Source of the DNA: Conger conger
Taxonomy: Eukaryota
Assembly (NCBI RefSeq): GCF_963514075.1
Contig: NC_083761.1
Coordinates: 49,797,777 to 49,861,776, forward strand
DNA: 64,000 nt
Direction of reading: 5' to 3'
Every line of letters begins with the position of its first letter. Within the stretch, counting starts at the first letter, position 1. Positions 28,265-40,171 of this stretch are shown piece after piece. The notes beneath the pieces are model-generated. The model was not told the DNA's origin, made no database searches, and was given only the letters and a program-made list of their open reading frames with translations. A program made the position numbers and the translations under genes.

Positions 28265-28615
28265 AGATCAACTTGAAGCTTGACTCAAATGACCTCTCTC
28301 AAATGACAACAATATTGGTCAGAGGTCAACGTCAAGGTTATATGGCCAATTTAAAAAGAGGAGGCAGAATCTCAGAAACCACAAGGTCCTGGAACTAGTC
28401 TTTGCACATCAGAGATGTGTATTAACTTTAGTTGTGCAACATATGTTTCATCCAATAGGACAGCCATTTTTGCTGATAACTTGAGAACTACTGTCATGTC
28501 CGATTGGGACGAGTAAAGTATCAACTTGAAGCTTGACACTGGGCACATATTTCTCAAATAGGTCAGAGGTCAAGGTTATATGGCCAATTGAAAAAGAGGT
28601 GAGACAAAAATGGAC
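28265..28615. repeat. Two tandem copies of a roughly 250-bp unit ('atcaacttgaagcttgac...ggtcagaggtcaa..ggttatatggccaatt.aaaaagagg'). Short direct duplications lie nearby at 27880-28060 ('cctgaactttgtacagag' x2 and 'gatttgccacaatga' x2).
   Basis: Seen directly in the sequence. Confidence 0.7.
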
Positions 28616-29659
28616 ACTTTTTGGGCTAAAAATAAAATTGCCTTTATGTACTCATGGTTTGCCGTAGTGCAAGTAGATGAAATGCATAAAGAATTGGACA
28701 TTTGAATTTCAGTGCATTGGGAAGAAAAACAAACCAAGGCAGTGGCAGGACAGGCAGGGGGAGGCTTTTTTGTGCTATATTCCGCTTCATGTTCTTCCTT
28801 TCTCCCGATTACCTGTCCACGCCCCCTGCACCAGGTATGCCTTTCCTGTGTTTGTAATTGTCTCACTTCTTCTGCAGCAAGAGAGGTATTAATTGGAAGA
28901 ACTATCCACAACCAAGATTTTGAGAAAGCTTGTTAGCTAGATATTTACTTACTTGCCCTCCTGGACCCCTTGGCTGTGGATACCTCTTCCAATTAATCCT
29001 TTTATTGCTACAGAAGAAGTTGGTAAGTACTGTAGGATGTAGCAAGGGTTCAAAGTTATTATTGGCAGTGATGCAAAGTCCGTGTTCGGTTGTCCGTGTT
29101 CCTCCGCTCTCTCGCTAACGCAATTCTTCCTCTGTAAATTCCGGTTCAAAACTGACTGTGTATGTATGGTTGTATTTCTTTGTCAAAATTGAAAATTCAT
29201 CCTCTAACTCAACGAGGTTACCGTATTTTCTTTGGAGTGTCATGCGATTGCCTGGATGGGTGGCCGCCCATAAACCAGTCTCTGCATTCAAGGGTGGAGT
29301 TTGAGTGCCCGTTACCTTCTGGGAAACACAGGCTGGAGATTCAAGCCAATGACACTGACATCACTGGAAGTTTTGCCACATTATTTAGGAAACGGATATA
29401 CTGGCAATGACGGTATTTGAGTTTTTTCAAATACAGTAGATCAAGAAGTAATACAAAAAAACTAATCACCAATTAATTGTACAAATGTGAGACAAATTTG
29501 CCACTAAAAACCGTTTAATAAAAATCTACATCCTCTCAGAAAATCCATTTACTTTTTTACTTAACTTCTTCAATATATTTACAATGAATACATGACACAT
29601 CATTTACAATCTGTAACCGTGTTCAAGTTAGAGCAGATTTAAGAGATGTTGAGTGACAA

Positions 29660-29812
29660 ATCCTCCTCAAATCAATTCCGGTGGTTCGATCCCCACAGCT
29701 GTTGGGCCCATGAGCAAGGCCCTTAACGCCACAATGCTCCAGGGGCGATTGTCTCCTGAATAGTCTAATCAACTGTAAGTCATTTTGGATAAAAGTGTCA
29801 GCTAAATAAAAT
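29660..29812 (+). repeat. SINE family C, partial copy
   Basis: 'ggtggttcgatccccacagctgttgggcccatgagcaaggcccttaacgccacaatgctccaggggcgattgtctcc...' aligns with 24425-24560. Confidence 0.65.
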
Positions 29813-30413
29813 GTAGAGATTGAACCGAAACTTTTGACAATCTGAAAAATTATCAGAAGAAAAAAGTCCATCTTTTTTATGTTTACAGTCAGTGTCCGAA
29901 AGGTCTGCATGACTGGCACAGCCCTAATCAAAATAAGAATATAACCCTGATATACCAGACTCCAGCCCATTTGCCCTGCTCTCCATAATAGCATTATGAA
30001 GCCCAGTGAGCACCCATTTCCCTTCGGTCAATGGGGGCTGTTTTCAGCCTCATTCCAGTGGACTTTCAGGAGAGAGGGGGTAGAAGTGTTTCTGCAATAG
30101 CCATATAATGGGAATGAGACGATCTCAGATAAAATATTGCGAAAGGTTTAAGAAGTTAGATGTTGTAATAGCTGAGTAACAATAACGGAGTAAGAATTTC
30201 AACAGTATTATAAGCCTATTATAAGCATTTATGAATCAAAAACCTCAACAGTTTTATTCTAAATTACCTTGAATTAAATTGTATATGGCCACTATGTTTT
30301 TGGTGGAGAACTGTGCCATAGTACAAGCAGCAAAATATACTATTATTTTTTTAAATGCCATCACCTCTCTTACTGGCAACCAACAGCATTTGCATATTCC
30401 TTTGTTTTCTCTC

Positions 30414-31420
30414 TCACAAGTGAACCCTTTTATGATTTTTTAACGCACCTCCATCATAGAATGTCTTTCCACACTGGGTGCAGCAATATGGTCTCTCTCC
30501 AGTATGGATCCGCTGGTGTCTCTTAAGATTTCCTACTTGAGAAAAACTCTTTTCACACCACATGCACTGATGTGGTTTATCACCTGTGTGAATTCGCTCA
30601 TGTCTTCTCAGGTCACCTGACTGAGTGAATGACTTTCTACACCAGGCACAGGAGTATGGCCTCTCCCCTGTGTGTATTTGCTGGTGTATTTTAACATATG
30701 AGACACGACAGAAACACTTCCCACATTGTAAGCAGGAGAGCTGCCTTTCTTCCCTGCGATTAACTAAAAGACTCTCAGACTGAGCTTCACTGACAACTCC
30801 TTGGTCATATCCTGCGATTACACCCGTTTCACACAAAGTGTTTTTAATACTATACTGTGTCTTAGGGTTGTAACATAATTCAGAGGGCTGGTCAAACTTT
30901 AAGTCCATTTCATCAGACTCTGTTTTAATCTGGTCTGGTCTGAGGCTGGGTTGAAAGTTCAGCTCTGTGTTGACCGGATCCATCACTGAGACATCTGAAG
31001 TTTGGATGGAGTTTATTTCAGGATTTACTGATGAGGGTGAAACCATGGACAATGTGATTTCCAATGCCAGCTTCTTCAGTCCTGGAGAAACAAAGCTGGT
31101 ATCAGTCTCTTCCATATTGACAGACTGTAGCTCGCTATGCTCCTCTTCACTCAGGATGGTCCTCTGCGGTTCGATAATCCCCTCGCTCTCCCTAGTCACC
31201 GTGGTGTTAACAGGGGCAGTAGGGTTGATGGACTCATCACTTTTGACACAAGATGACAAGGTTGACTCCTCTCCTCTCTGTCTCTCTCTGTGATTCATAG
31301 TGAACTCCTGTTTCTCTTCAGTCAGCAGGAGCTCTGTATCCTGCCCCAGACTTGACCCCCACTCCTGCCGCTCTACTAGAGGCTTTTCCCTAGTGACGGA
31401 AAGAGCAGCAGGCTGTGCAC
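30414..31420 (-). CDS. FiNZ-type C2H2 zinc-finger gene 1, large 3' coding exon: Ser/Glu-rich linker followed by 4 tandem C2H2 fingers (…CGKCF…HTGERPY…); stop at 30414-30416
   Basis: A 362-aa ORF ends in canonical H/C-link fingers (HTGE[RK]PY). The acceptor 'atcctgaag|GTGCACAGCC' (exon start 31420) gives phase 1, which matches exon 1. The region is homologous to gene 2 (…AQPAALSV…ERQEW.SSL.QDTEL.LTEEK…). Confidence 0.7.
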
Positions 31421-32149
31421 CTTCAGGATGGAGAGAACTCATGTTAGTAAGACATCCTTGTGAGTCTACCTTTGGAAACTGAACAAGACATTTTTGGGCC
31501 ATTCCATGTCAAGTCAAATGAAGTGTACTGGAGCATCTTTTCAATTTCTTTATTTTTGTGTGGTGGCAGGCAATGATAAGGAATAGAAATCCTCTAAATT
31601 TAAGCTTAATATGCTGCTTTGTTTTTGTAATAATAATACATTTATTTTGAATAGCGCTTTTCAGGGAACAAAAAGACACGTTACGTAGTTAATCAAAAAA
31701 AATGTTAAATAAATCACATGGTTTTAAAAGCAAAAAGAGTTTTGAGTGCTTTTTTTGAATGTGGAAAGTAAGGTGGAATATCTTGGATGTTTTTTGAGAG
31801 AGAGTTCCAGAGAGGGGGCCGGCGATGGAAAATACTTGGCCACCCCAGGTCCGATGTTTGGTCTTTATGGAGGGGTAAGAAGATTGGCATCAGATGATTG
31901 AAGGTTACAAAGGTTACAAACAAAGATATTGAGTGTTGGATGTTAGGTTTTCACGTGATGTGATCTGTTGTTTTTTCATAGAAATAGCCTAAAGAAAAAT
32001 GAATTTTTTTTTATCCAAATGTCACTATTTATCCAAACGTACACTATCACAGTAAGCTAGCTGTGTTGACGCATTGACAGTAGGTACTTCAGCAGGCTAG
32101 ATAACATTAAACTCGCTCTAAATGCAGAGATGAAATAGTCTAAAGTGTC

Positions 32150-32760
32150 GCTATAGTTTACCCAAAAAGACTCAAACAATGGGACGCGCATTTGCGATAA
32201 ACAGACGTTCTCTCTTGTCTTCTGATTTTATTAAGCTTTCTTAAAGGTACAATAGGTAATTTCGGACTTCTAACGGTCAAGAGAGGAATTTCAGGAACAA
32301 ACACCCTCAAACCACTACACTGTTTATCCCACCCTTTCTCTGTGAACGCACTGATGTTGAAACGCCATTGGCTGTGGCAATTAGAACCAAATTTCAACCA
32401 ATGAGCTTGAATTATTGTAAACGATGTTTTGGTACAGGGTGCCGACCCTTCAAGTTCAACTGCATATTTTGAAACCCGAATTTAAGGACTATAAACACAA
32501 GCAGAGGGTGAGTCAAGATGTCAGTGAGCCTTTTTCAATGATAGGAAGGGATTTACAACGGTCTTGTAAGATGTTTTAACACAAAATTATTTCTTATTGT
32601 ACCTTTAAAGGTAATAAACAGACGGTTTATTGGTAAAAGTACAATAGGTCATTTCGGACTTCTAACGGTGAAGAGAGGAATCGCAGCAACAAACACCCTC
32701 AAACCACAACACTGTTTATCCCTCCCCCTTCTCTGTGAATGCGCTGATGTTTGAAACCGT
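32150..32760 (-). mobile_element. TIR-MITE family 'X' copy in reverse orientation, followed by a partial tandem second copy (32590-32760)
   Basis: Aligns as the reverse complement with 24640-24965. The termini 'ggtacaatagg' recur at 32240 and 32640. Confidence 0.5.
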
Positions 32761-33074
32761 TATTTCGAATCCAAGTGCTGGACGACAGAGCCAAAATAAC
32801 AGGAAAATAACAGTAATTGCTCCAACTGTCCAAATACATACGGACTCCACTGTCACGAACGTGCGACTACTACTTACTAAGTTATTCAACTGTAATCATT
32901 TTAGTAACGTTAGCCTTCACAAAACCGGTATATGCGCCCGAAGAGCCCAGGTTCTGGTTTGTGTGACAGCAAGAAACGACGACGATGTGATTAATGCGAC
33001 GAATGGCCAACATTTTTTGTGTTGTGTACTACTCAGATTAGCTAGCAGGGGAATATATTTAGCAATCTCCTCAC

Positions 33075-33264
33075 CCAAACAAGTCGACTCAATCTCCAGT
33101 CCGAATTCCCGCAATCTTCGCCTGAGACTCTCATTCTCTCCCTTTGTTTGGGCATTTTCCTCCTGGTATTCAGACACCACCTCTTTCACCATCTCCAGTA
33201 TCTCTTGGACAGCCACCATTAAACGCTCTGTCAGATAAGAGTTTAAGATCTGTATTTTAGTCAT
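33075..33264 (-). CDS. FiNZ-type zinc-finger gene 1, first coding exon (FiNZ domain); translation MTKIQILNSYLTERLMVAVQEILEMVKEVVSEYQEENAQTKGENESLRRRLREFGLEIESTCL(G)
   Basis: ATG at 33264. The peptide matches the fish N-terminal zinc-finger-associated (FiNZ) domain consensus (MTK.Q.LN.F.TERL..A..EI...V...I.EYQEE......EN..LRR.L). Donor 'G|GTGAGG'. Exon of 190 nt, phase 1. Confidence 0.7.
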
Positions 33265-33544
33265 TTTAGGACGGTCCTATTCTACGTTCAGACAACCAAA
33301 ACAAATCGCAGCTAAAGGAGGACAACTAATGTGGACAGCTGTAACACGTTCTTGGGTGGTAATAACAGTAAGCTTTTCAAAATAAAAGCGGTGGAAGTTT
33401 GTGCGGAAACATTTACTATCCACTTTAGCTGCCCTGGTTCCGGAAGTACATTTCATTCATTTTCGCCATAGATATTTCATAAAATTCCTAGCTAAAGACT
33501 TGAACCGAACCATCCAGCTACGATGAATCATGGCATATACAGGT

Positions 33545-33960
33545 GCCTCTCAAAAAATGAGAATATCGCGGAAAAGTTTTCCGTAATTTAATTCACAAAC
33601 TGAAACTTTCATATATTCCAGATTCATTACACATAAAAGGAAAAATTTCAAGCCTCTTTTTATCCTTTTTATCTTCATCATTACGGTTAAATAAAAAATC
33701 CAGTATCTCAAAATATTAGAATATTACATAACACCAATAAAGGAAAGGATTTATAATACAGAAATGTCGACCTTCTGAAAAGTATGTTCATTTATGCACT
33801 CAATACATGGTAGGGCAATCATGGGGAAGACTGCTGACTTGACAGTTGTCCAGAAGACACTCATTGACACCCTCCACAAGGAGGGTAAGCCACAGAATGT
33901 CATTGGTGAAAGGGCTGGCTGTTCGCAGAGTGCAATTTTTTGAGATGCAACTGTAAATTT
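33545..33960 (+). mobile_element. Tc1-like element 5' fragment (TIR-like end plus transposase N-terminus MGKTADLTVVQKTLIDTLHKEGKPQNVIGERAGCSQSAI...)
   Basis: The sequence runs 'tacaggtgcctctcaaaaaatgagaatatcgcggaaaag...' and is followed by a short ORF resembling Tc1 transposase HTH N-termini. Truncated after about 40 codons. Confidence 0.4.
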
Positions 33961-34769
33961 TGAGCAGAATAATCGGAAAAAGGTACGAGACTGTTTTTAG
34001 AAGGAATTAACTACTTATCCCATAAAGCACTTCGAATGATGTAATTGAATCGCTTTCCACTCACTTCCACCCATTTTAACCATATCAATCGTGTGCATGT
34101 TATGTTAATTACCGTTTCTCTTTACTGCTTTCTTCATAGTTTTGGGATTTCTTGTACTTAACATATTTCTATATTGTAGTTACTGGCGTTCAGTTAATGT
34201 GATTATTAGCTAGCAAAGCTACACAACGGTTTGGTTTAAACTTTAATGCTAACCTTAATTTATTTGCCTCATAGAGCAATCTAAGATGGTGGCTGTCAAA
34301 ATGAAATCATATTGTGATGACCCGGACAAACATAATGCAACATAGCTGCGTTAACTAATAAGATGCTTGCTTGCATTTTTCGCAATCAAATTGTCTTAAA
34401 GCAAATTTGCCAATCCCAGACTTGGCCTGCTTAATGAATTCATTATCAAATGTATTTTAACATGAACATATCGCTTGAAACATGCTCCCAAATTGCTTGA
34501 ATTTCCAATAACTAGGTCATCAGTAGTACATGATTAGCACCAAATTTCTGTGTGGTTGTTTCGCAAGCTTCTCTACTGACCAGCAGAACTAACAACAAAT
34601 GTCCTGTCTCTCATAAACCCAAGGTACTTTCCTTCCCTCAGTGAAGCCTGGAAGGCTGCAGCTTTTAGAACTAGAAAACAAACATTGACAGATTAGCTAA
34701 CTAACTAGCTCATTAACATAGACAGATATTTGATTAATCTTTCTGTTACTGGGACTCGAAAAGTTGGTG

Positions 34770-34918
34770 GCTTAAACCCTGGTGTAGCCACGATAAGATC
34801 TTCTGTTGGGCTCTTGAGCAACACCCTTAATCCCTCATTGCTCCTGGGGGGACTGCCTCCTGCTTAATCTAATCAATTGTATGCTGCTTTGGATAAAAGC
34901 ATCAGCTAAATAACAAAT
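34770..34918 (+). repeat. SINE family C, partial copy
   Basis: 'ggtggcttaaaccctggtgtagccacgataagatcttctgttgggctcttgagcaacacccttaatccctcattgctcctgggggg...aaagcatcagctaaataacaaatg' aligns with 24430-24590. Confidence 0.65.
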
Positions 34919-35196
34919 GAAACGTAAAACATGTCAATGCAACATATTACTCCCAAGTTCCCCAACAATTTATATGGTTGAGTCACAGATGTGCCTCACT
35001 AATTATGATCCATCAGAGAATATGGGACTTACAATTTGATACAATGTGAGGCAATACAACAGTCCTAGCCCCTATGGAATGCTGCAACTTTGGAACTAGA
35101 CATTTGTCTGTTTGTCTTGCATTCAGATTTATTCCTGAGCTAATGACACCCTTAGGTGTATATATACTACTGCTGTTTGTTCTCTCTTTTCATGTC

Positions 35197-35237
35197 TGCC
35201 CTGATGAAGGCCACTATTTGGCCGAAACATGTTGGCA
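35197..35237 (+). ncRNA. Hammerhead-ribozyme core motif in the left PLE terminal repeat: UGCC-CUGAUGA-A-GGCC-acuauuu-GGCC-GAAA-CAUG-UU|GGCA (predicted cleavage after 35233)
   Basis: Seen in the sequence: the conserved cores CUGAUGA and GAAA, a 4-bp stem II (GGCC/GGCC) with a 7-nt loop, the palindromic CAUG where stem III would be, and a 4-nt potential stem I (UGCC/GGCA). This architecture resembles the minimal, dimer-forming hammerheads described for PLEs. Confidence 0.6.
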
Positions 35238-35757
35238 TTTTTTAGTATTCAACTATGAACTAGCCTTTTATAATAAAGCTGTTTTTTACTTCATTGGAAG
35301 AGTGCCTTGGATCCACTTCTTTTGCTCTTTTAACTGGATGGTTTCCCCATGTTTTTGGACCAAAGGGGTTTTGCTTAGGAGGTGCACCACTGCTTTGAGG
35401 TGTTGAGCATCAACCATACAGTAAGTGGCTGTTTTCTACCCACTTTTCTAGTAAAACCATGGAACATAATGGTTTTTCTTATTCTGAAGAAGAAGGAAGA
35501 CAAATTATTACTAGCTCATCACTGCTTGATGACACTCTGTTATGGACACAGATTTGAAAAGCATCTTTGTGGAATTGAAACGTCTTAAGGAGAAAGACAT
35601 CAAACTGGACCTTAATTCTATTACGCTATCAGACTATTGGAGAAAGGGATTTATCCCACGTGGTCTCAGAATTTAAAAGTTCCCAGTCTATGGCTCAAAA
35701 GACAATGATGTTTTTAAAAGTAAATGGGAAGCCATTCTCAACAAGTGTTCATCTGAC

Positions 35758-36249
35758 TTGATTCTTCTACTAATTGAAGAAGCCAAAAAGGATAGGCTAA
35801 TCATCCAAAAAGAGATTGATGAAATGGAAAAGAAGTTGGCGGACTTGTCCAGTGATTCAGAATTTGAGACTAAATTAAAAGACAATCTCAATAAATTCAC
35901 ACAGACACTGAAACAAGAAAAACTTCGTAAATTCCAACGTGATGTTAATGACTACAAAGACAATAAGGTGTATTCTTGGCAGAGATTTACAGCTCCACGT
36001 CACCGGGAACCCCAGCGTAGAGGACCCCGCACTGTGTCGTTCAACTTTACCAGCGAAGAAGAGGATTCTGTTGCACCAGTAGCACACGACCCTACTCTTG
36101 ATTTTTTAGACTACCCACCCCTAACAAGGGGAGACGCGGACAAACGCCCTACTAACAGAGGCCACAGAGGAAGAAGAGGACGAGGAGGGGACGCAAGAAA
36201 TCCACCTCACAAGTACAACATGAGGAGTCACGGTCAACAGAGACTGTAA
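35758..36249 (+). CDS. PLE N-terminal ORF (coiled-coil and basic region, 163 aa)
   Basis: A Lys/Glu-rich heptad-like region (…KKDRLIIQKEIDEMEKKLADLSSDSEFETKLKDNLNKFTQTLKQEKLRKFQRDVNDYKD…) followed by an Arg-rich tail. Located inside the PLE, upstream of the RT. Confidence 0.6.
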   Translation: MILLLIEEAKKDRLIIQKEIDEMEKKLADLSSDSEFETKLKDNLNKFTQTLKQEKLRKFQRDVNDYKDNKVYSWQRFTAPRHREPQRRGPRTVSFNFTSEEEDSVAPVAHDPTLDFLDYPPLTRGDADKRPTNRGHRGRRGRGGDARNPPHKYNMRSHGQQRL

Positions 36250-36356
36250 TCAATTTATCAGGTACACCACTCCAGGACATTCAGACTAAAGTTCTATCTA
36301 TAGGTCTTTCTTTTCCCCCTACTATTTCTTCTAATTTATTTGACATAAAAATCGAT

Positions 36357-38538
36357 TTGTTTCGCTTCTATAGGAATCTACATTTGAAGACATGGTACAA
36401 AGTGAATCCTTCACCTGTGTATACCCCTCAAGAAGGCCGCTCTTCCTCTACCCCTTTTAAATCTAAATCTATTTTTTGTCCTATTGTGCAAAATTCTACC
36501 TTGAACACATTCGAGAAAAAGGTTAACTATGAAGTAGATAATTTGTTGTCTAAAAGCAACAATAAATGTAGGCACAATTTGACTAGGGCTGAACGAGATG
36601 CTCTGAAAGAGCTCTCAGACAATAAGAACATTGTAATTAAAAGGGCAGATAAAGGAGGAGCAGTTGTGGTATGGGGTCTAGAACAGTACACTAATGAGGC
36701 TAATCGCCAGCTACAGGACACTACTTTTTACCTCCCTTAACAAACAACCCCATGGAGTCTTTAACTCAGGAACTCAAGTTGTTACTGTATAAAGCTAAAG
36801 AGGATAATCTTATTTCTGAACCAGAGTTGAAATTCCTTTTGAATTCCAACCCTCGCTTGGCTTCTTTTTATCTTTTACCCAAGGTCCATAAAAACTTGAC
36901 TAATCCACCAGGAAGACCGGTGATCTCGGGGAATGAGTCCCTCACAGAGCCCATTTCTAAATATGTTGACTTCTTTATTAAACCTTTGCTCCCTACTCTC
37001 CCCGCTTACATTCAGGAAACTACTGAGGTTCTTTCTAAAATTAAAGAGAATAGCTTTGTTGGTCCCAATGCTTTATTGGTTACTATGGATGTTGAAGCTT
37101 TATACACTAACATAGAACACGAACAAGGCTTATCTGCACTTAGATACTTTTTAGACAAACGTCCTTACCCACATGACCCCCCCACTGGCTTTCTTGCTGA
37201 CTTGACGTATTTTTGTTTCAGGATAAACTATACAAACAGATGAAGGGATGCACCATGAGGGCATGTTTTAGTCCATCCTATGCGGGTTTGTATATGGGTA
37301 AATGGGAGGAAGATGTAGTGTTTAATGCTAACAATACCTTCTTAGACAAGATCATTTGGTGGGCCCGCTATATAGATGACATTATTCTGTGGTGGAATGG
37401 TACTGAAGAAGAGTTGTTATCTTTCCATGATTTTCTTAATAATGCCAACACCAACGTGAGGCTCTCGTTGGAATATCATAAAGATAAGATTAATTTTCTA
37501 GATATTGAAATCAGTAAAGATGACAATGGTTACCTCCATACTTCTATATTTAGAAAGAATATACATAAGAATACTATACTCCATGCTAACAGTTTTCATT
37601 CCACTACTTTGATTAATAATATTCCCTTCGGTCAATTTCAAAGGCTACGCAGGATTTGTGATGATGACAACGATTTCAAATTGAAGGGAAGAGAGATGTA
37701 CAGCCGGTTTAGGGAACGTGGTTATTCTCCCAAGGTATTAGACACAGCTCTTTCCAAGGCTAACTCCCTTGAACGACACACACTTTTAACTAGGAAGCCT
37801 CTGTTGACTACCAAGAAAGATCGGATTTATTTCTCTACCCGTTTTAGCACTGAGGCTTTTGGTATACGTAACATCATCAGAAAGAATTGGGGATTAATCC
37901 AGTGTGATGACACATTACGGGAGGTCTTCCCGGACCCCCCAATTTTTACATTCAAGAGAGCACCTACCTTGGGAGACAAACTAGTTCATAGCCACTTACC
38001 TGCCAAAGAACGTGACACATGGTTGCCTAGAGTACCTAACGGCACTTTTAAATGTGGCCATTGCAATCAGTGTGACACCGTAATAAAATCTAAAGGTTTC
38101 ACCCATCCTATAACACAAATGTTTTATTCTACGAATCAGTTTATCAACTGTAAGACCACACATGTAATTTACATTTTGTTATGTTCGCTATGTAATGCTT
38201 TTTATGTGGGGCGTACTAAGCGACGATTACAGGATCGGTTAGCAGAGCATAAATATGCTGTTAAAATTAACAACTTTGATTATGCTATTGTGAAACATTT
38301 CAATGACGCTCATAAATGCAGATCTGTCTCTTTTTCAGCTTTTGGTATTGAACATGTCCCTTTGAACATTAGAAGAGGTGATAGAGAGAAAATACTAAAT
38401 CAGAAAGAAAGCCGTTGGATTTATAAACTCAAAGCTATGGAGTTCCCGGGCCTAAATGATTCTATAGATATGGTATCTTTTTTTATAAACCCCTTAGATA
38501 TGGGCCCTTTTTTAGTGTATTCTTTGTCTTCTTACTGA
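36357..38538 (+). pseudogene. PLE reverse transcriptase plus GIY-YIG endonuclease ORF, split across three frames (36357-36740, 36752-37243, 37213-38538); frameshifted, probably recently inactivated
   Basis: RT motifs and the GIY-YIG motif as above. Three overlapping or adjacent ORFs sit in frames 0, 2 and 1. Confidence 0.8.
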
Positions 38539-38832
38539 CTGTATTTCTCCTCTTACTATATGTTAATACTGTTACATGGCATAACGAGCAGGATAGTATT
38601 TGAATTTATATAGTGATTACTAGTTGCTCTCTATTTTTACTATCCTTTATAGCAGTTCTATGTATTGTACAGCAGTTCTATATATTGTTTGTTTACTGAC
38701 CTCTAGTGTTTTCTGCTTGTCTTGCATTCAGATTTATTCCTGAGCCCTCCCACTTTGCACAGCTGTGGTCAATCACCTTAATGACACCCTTAGGTGTATA
38801 TATACTACTGCTGTTTGTTCTCTTTTCAGGTC

Positions 38833-38873
38833 TGCCCTGATGAAGGCCACTACTTGGCCGAAACATGTTGGAA
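38833..38873 (+). ncRNA. Second hammerhead core motif in the right PLE terminal repeat (CUGAUGA…GGCC/GGCC…GAAACAUGUU). The stem I complementarity is lost (GGAA instead of GGCA).
   Basis: Same motif as 35197-35237 with 2 substitutions. Confidence 0.5.
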
Positions 38874-40171
38874 TTTTTTAGTGTTCAACTATGAACTAGC
38901 CTTTTATAATAAAGCTGTTTTTTACTTCATTGGAAGAGTGCCTTGGATCCACTTCTTTTGCTCTTCATATAAAAATCAGTGTTTTATACTAATTTACTTC
39001 ATTCCGATAAATAACTGTTTTTGCAATATGCCCACTCACAATAACAACACAATGAATGCATATCATTTATAATTTTATTATACATGTAACAGAAGCGGGA
39101 TGAAATATTGGGACTAGTGAGATGAATACAAATTAATCTTTTGAATGAACATTTTTTATATAAAATACACTTACTGTCTTAATTTACTCTTGTTAAGCAA
39201 GCTACCTTGAGTGTGACATCCCTTTTTTTTTTTTTTTTTTTTCAAATTAATAACTTTCACTTTTAATCTTGCTATGCTACCAATGGTGATATTTATGGAA
39301 TGCAGTGTCTTTTTCCCTGCCTTTTTCTCTATGTAAAAAAATATATATATATGAAAAGAATATGATAAATATGATGCTTAGTTTGGTGTACCACTGATAG
39401 TAAACAGAGAAAAAAAACAGACCATGTTAGCCAGTTGATTAGGAATGTATGCTTTTAAAGGTTCAGCAGGGTTAAATGAAATAGAGTGCTCCATAATGCA
39501 CTTTTTTTTTTCTTGATTTGGCGCTGTACACAATTTTAGATTCGTAACCAAACAAATCACATGTGGCTAAAGTGCAGATTTTTTGCTTTTATTAAAGTTA
39601 ATTTTTCACCGTGTAGAAGTGACAGCACTTGTCCAAACTGTAAAACTCCCACCACGTGACACAAATGAGGCTCTTGCTTTGCTATGTGGCCAATAACAGG
39701 CTAAAAAGGTAATCATAAGCCTAGAATCAAGAATACACACTAAAAGCTCTCTTGTATCTCTCGTAAAGAAATTGAATATACCCCATTAATCAGAAACACC
39801 AGCAGAGCAATTTGTCCCAAACATTATGGTCCCCTGAAATAAGGGGGACTTATATATAAAAAATGCTGTCATTTATACATGGTGAAACCAAAATGTATTA
39901 CAAAAATTAATAAACTCTGCACTTCAAGCACATTATGCACCATTTGATTGCAAATGGAAAACTCTGGAGAGCCAAATCAAGAAAAAAAAAAAAAAATGTA
40001 CTAAACATTATGGAGTACACACAAATAAAACGAATTAATAGAACTACAAGTAAACATTTAGCATACAACAGCTCCTAAAAAATGTGAGAAAGACATTAGT
40101 TTCATTAAACATATTTGGGGATCTGTGTTTCTTTAATGAGGAAAAAAAAACATCCCAAACATGACAATCCA

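Larger units (their letters stand above)
35106..38957 (+). mobile_element. Penelope-like retroelement (PLE), near full length: roughly 240-bp direct terminal repeats (pLTR-like) flank an N-terminal coiled-coil ORF, reverse transcriptase and a GIY-YIG endonuclease
   Basis: Direct repeats at 35106-35340 and 38705-38957 are about 90% identical (the right copy has a 35-bp insertion). Internal ORFs carry PLE RT motifs (LPKVHK…GRPVIS…MDVEALYTNIEH…YIDDIILWW) and the GIY-YIG motif (HVIYILLCSLCNAFYVGRTKRRLQDRLAEHK). Confidence 0.85.

Noticed and set aside
37213-38538. 441-aa ORF that could be mistaken for a host gene
   Set aside because: It contains the RT C-terminal half plus GIY-YIG motifs and lies between PLE terminal repeats, so it is transposon-encoded, not a cellular gene.
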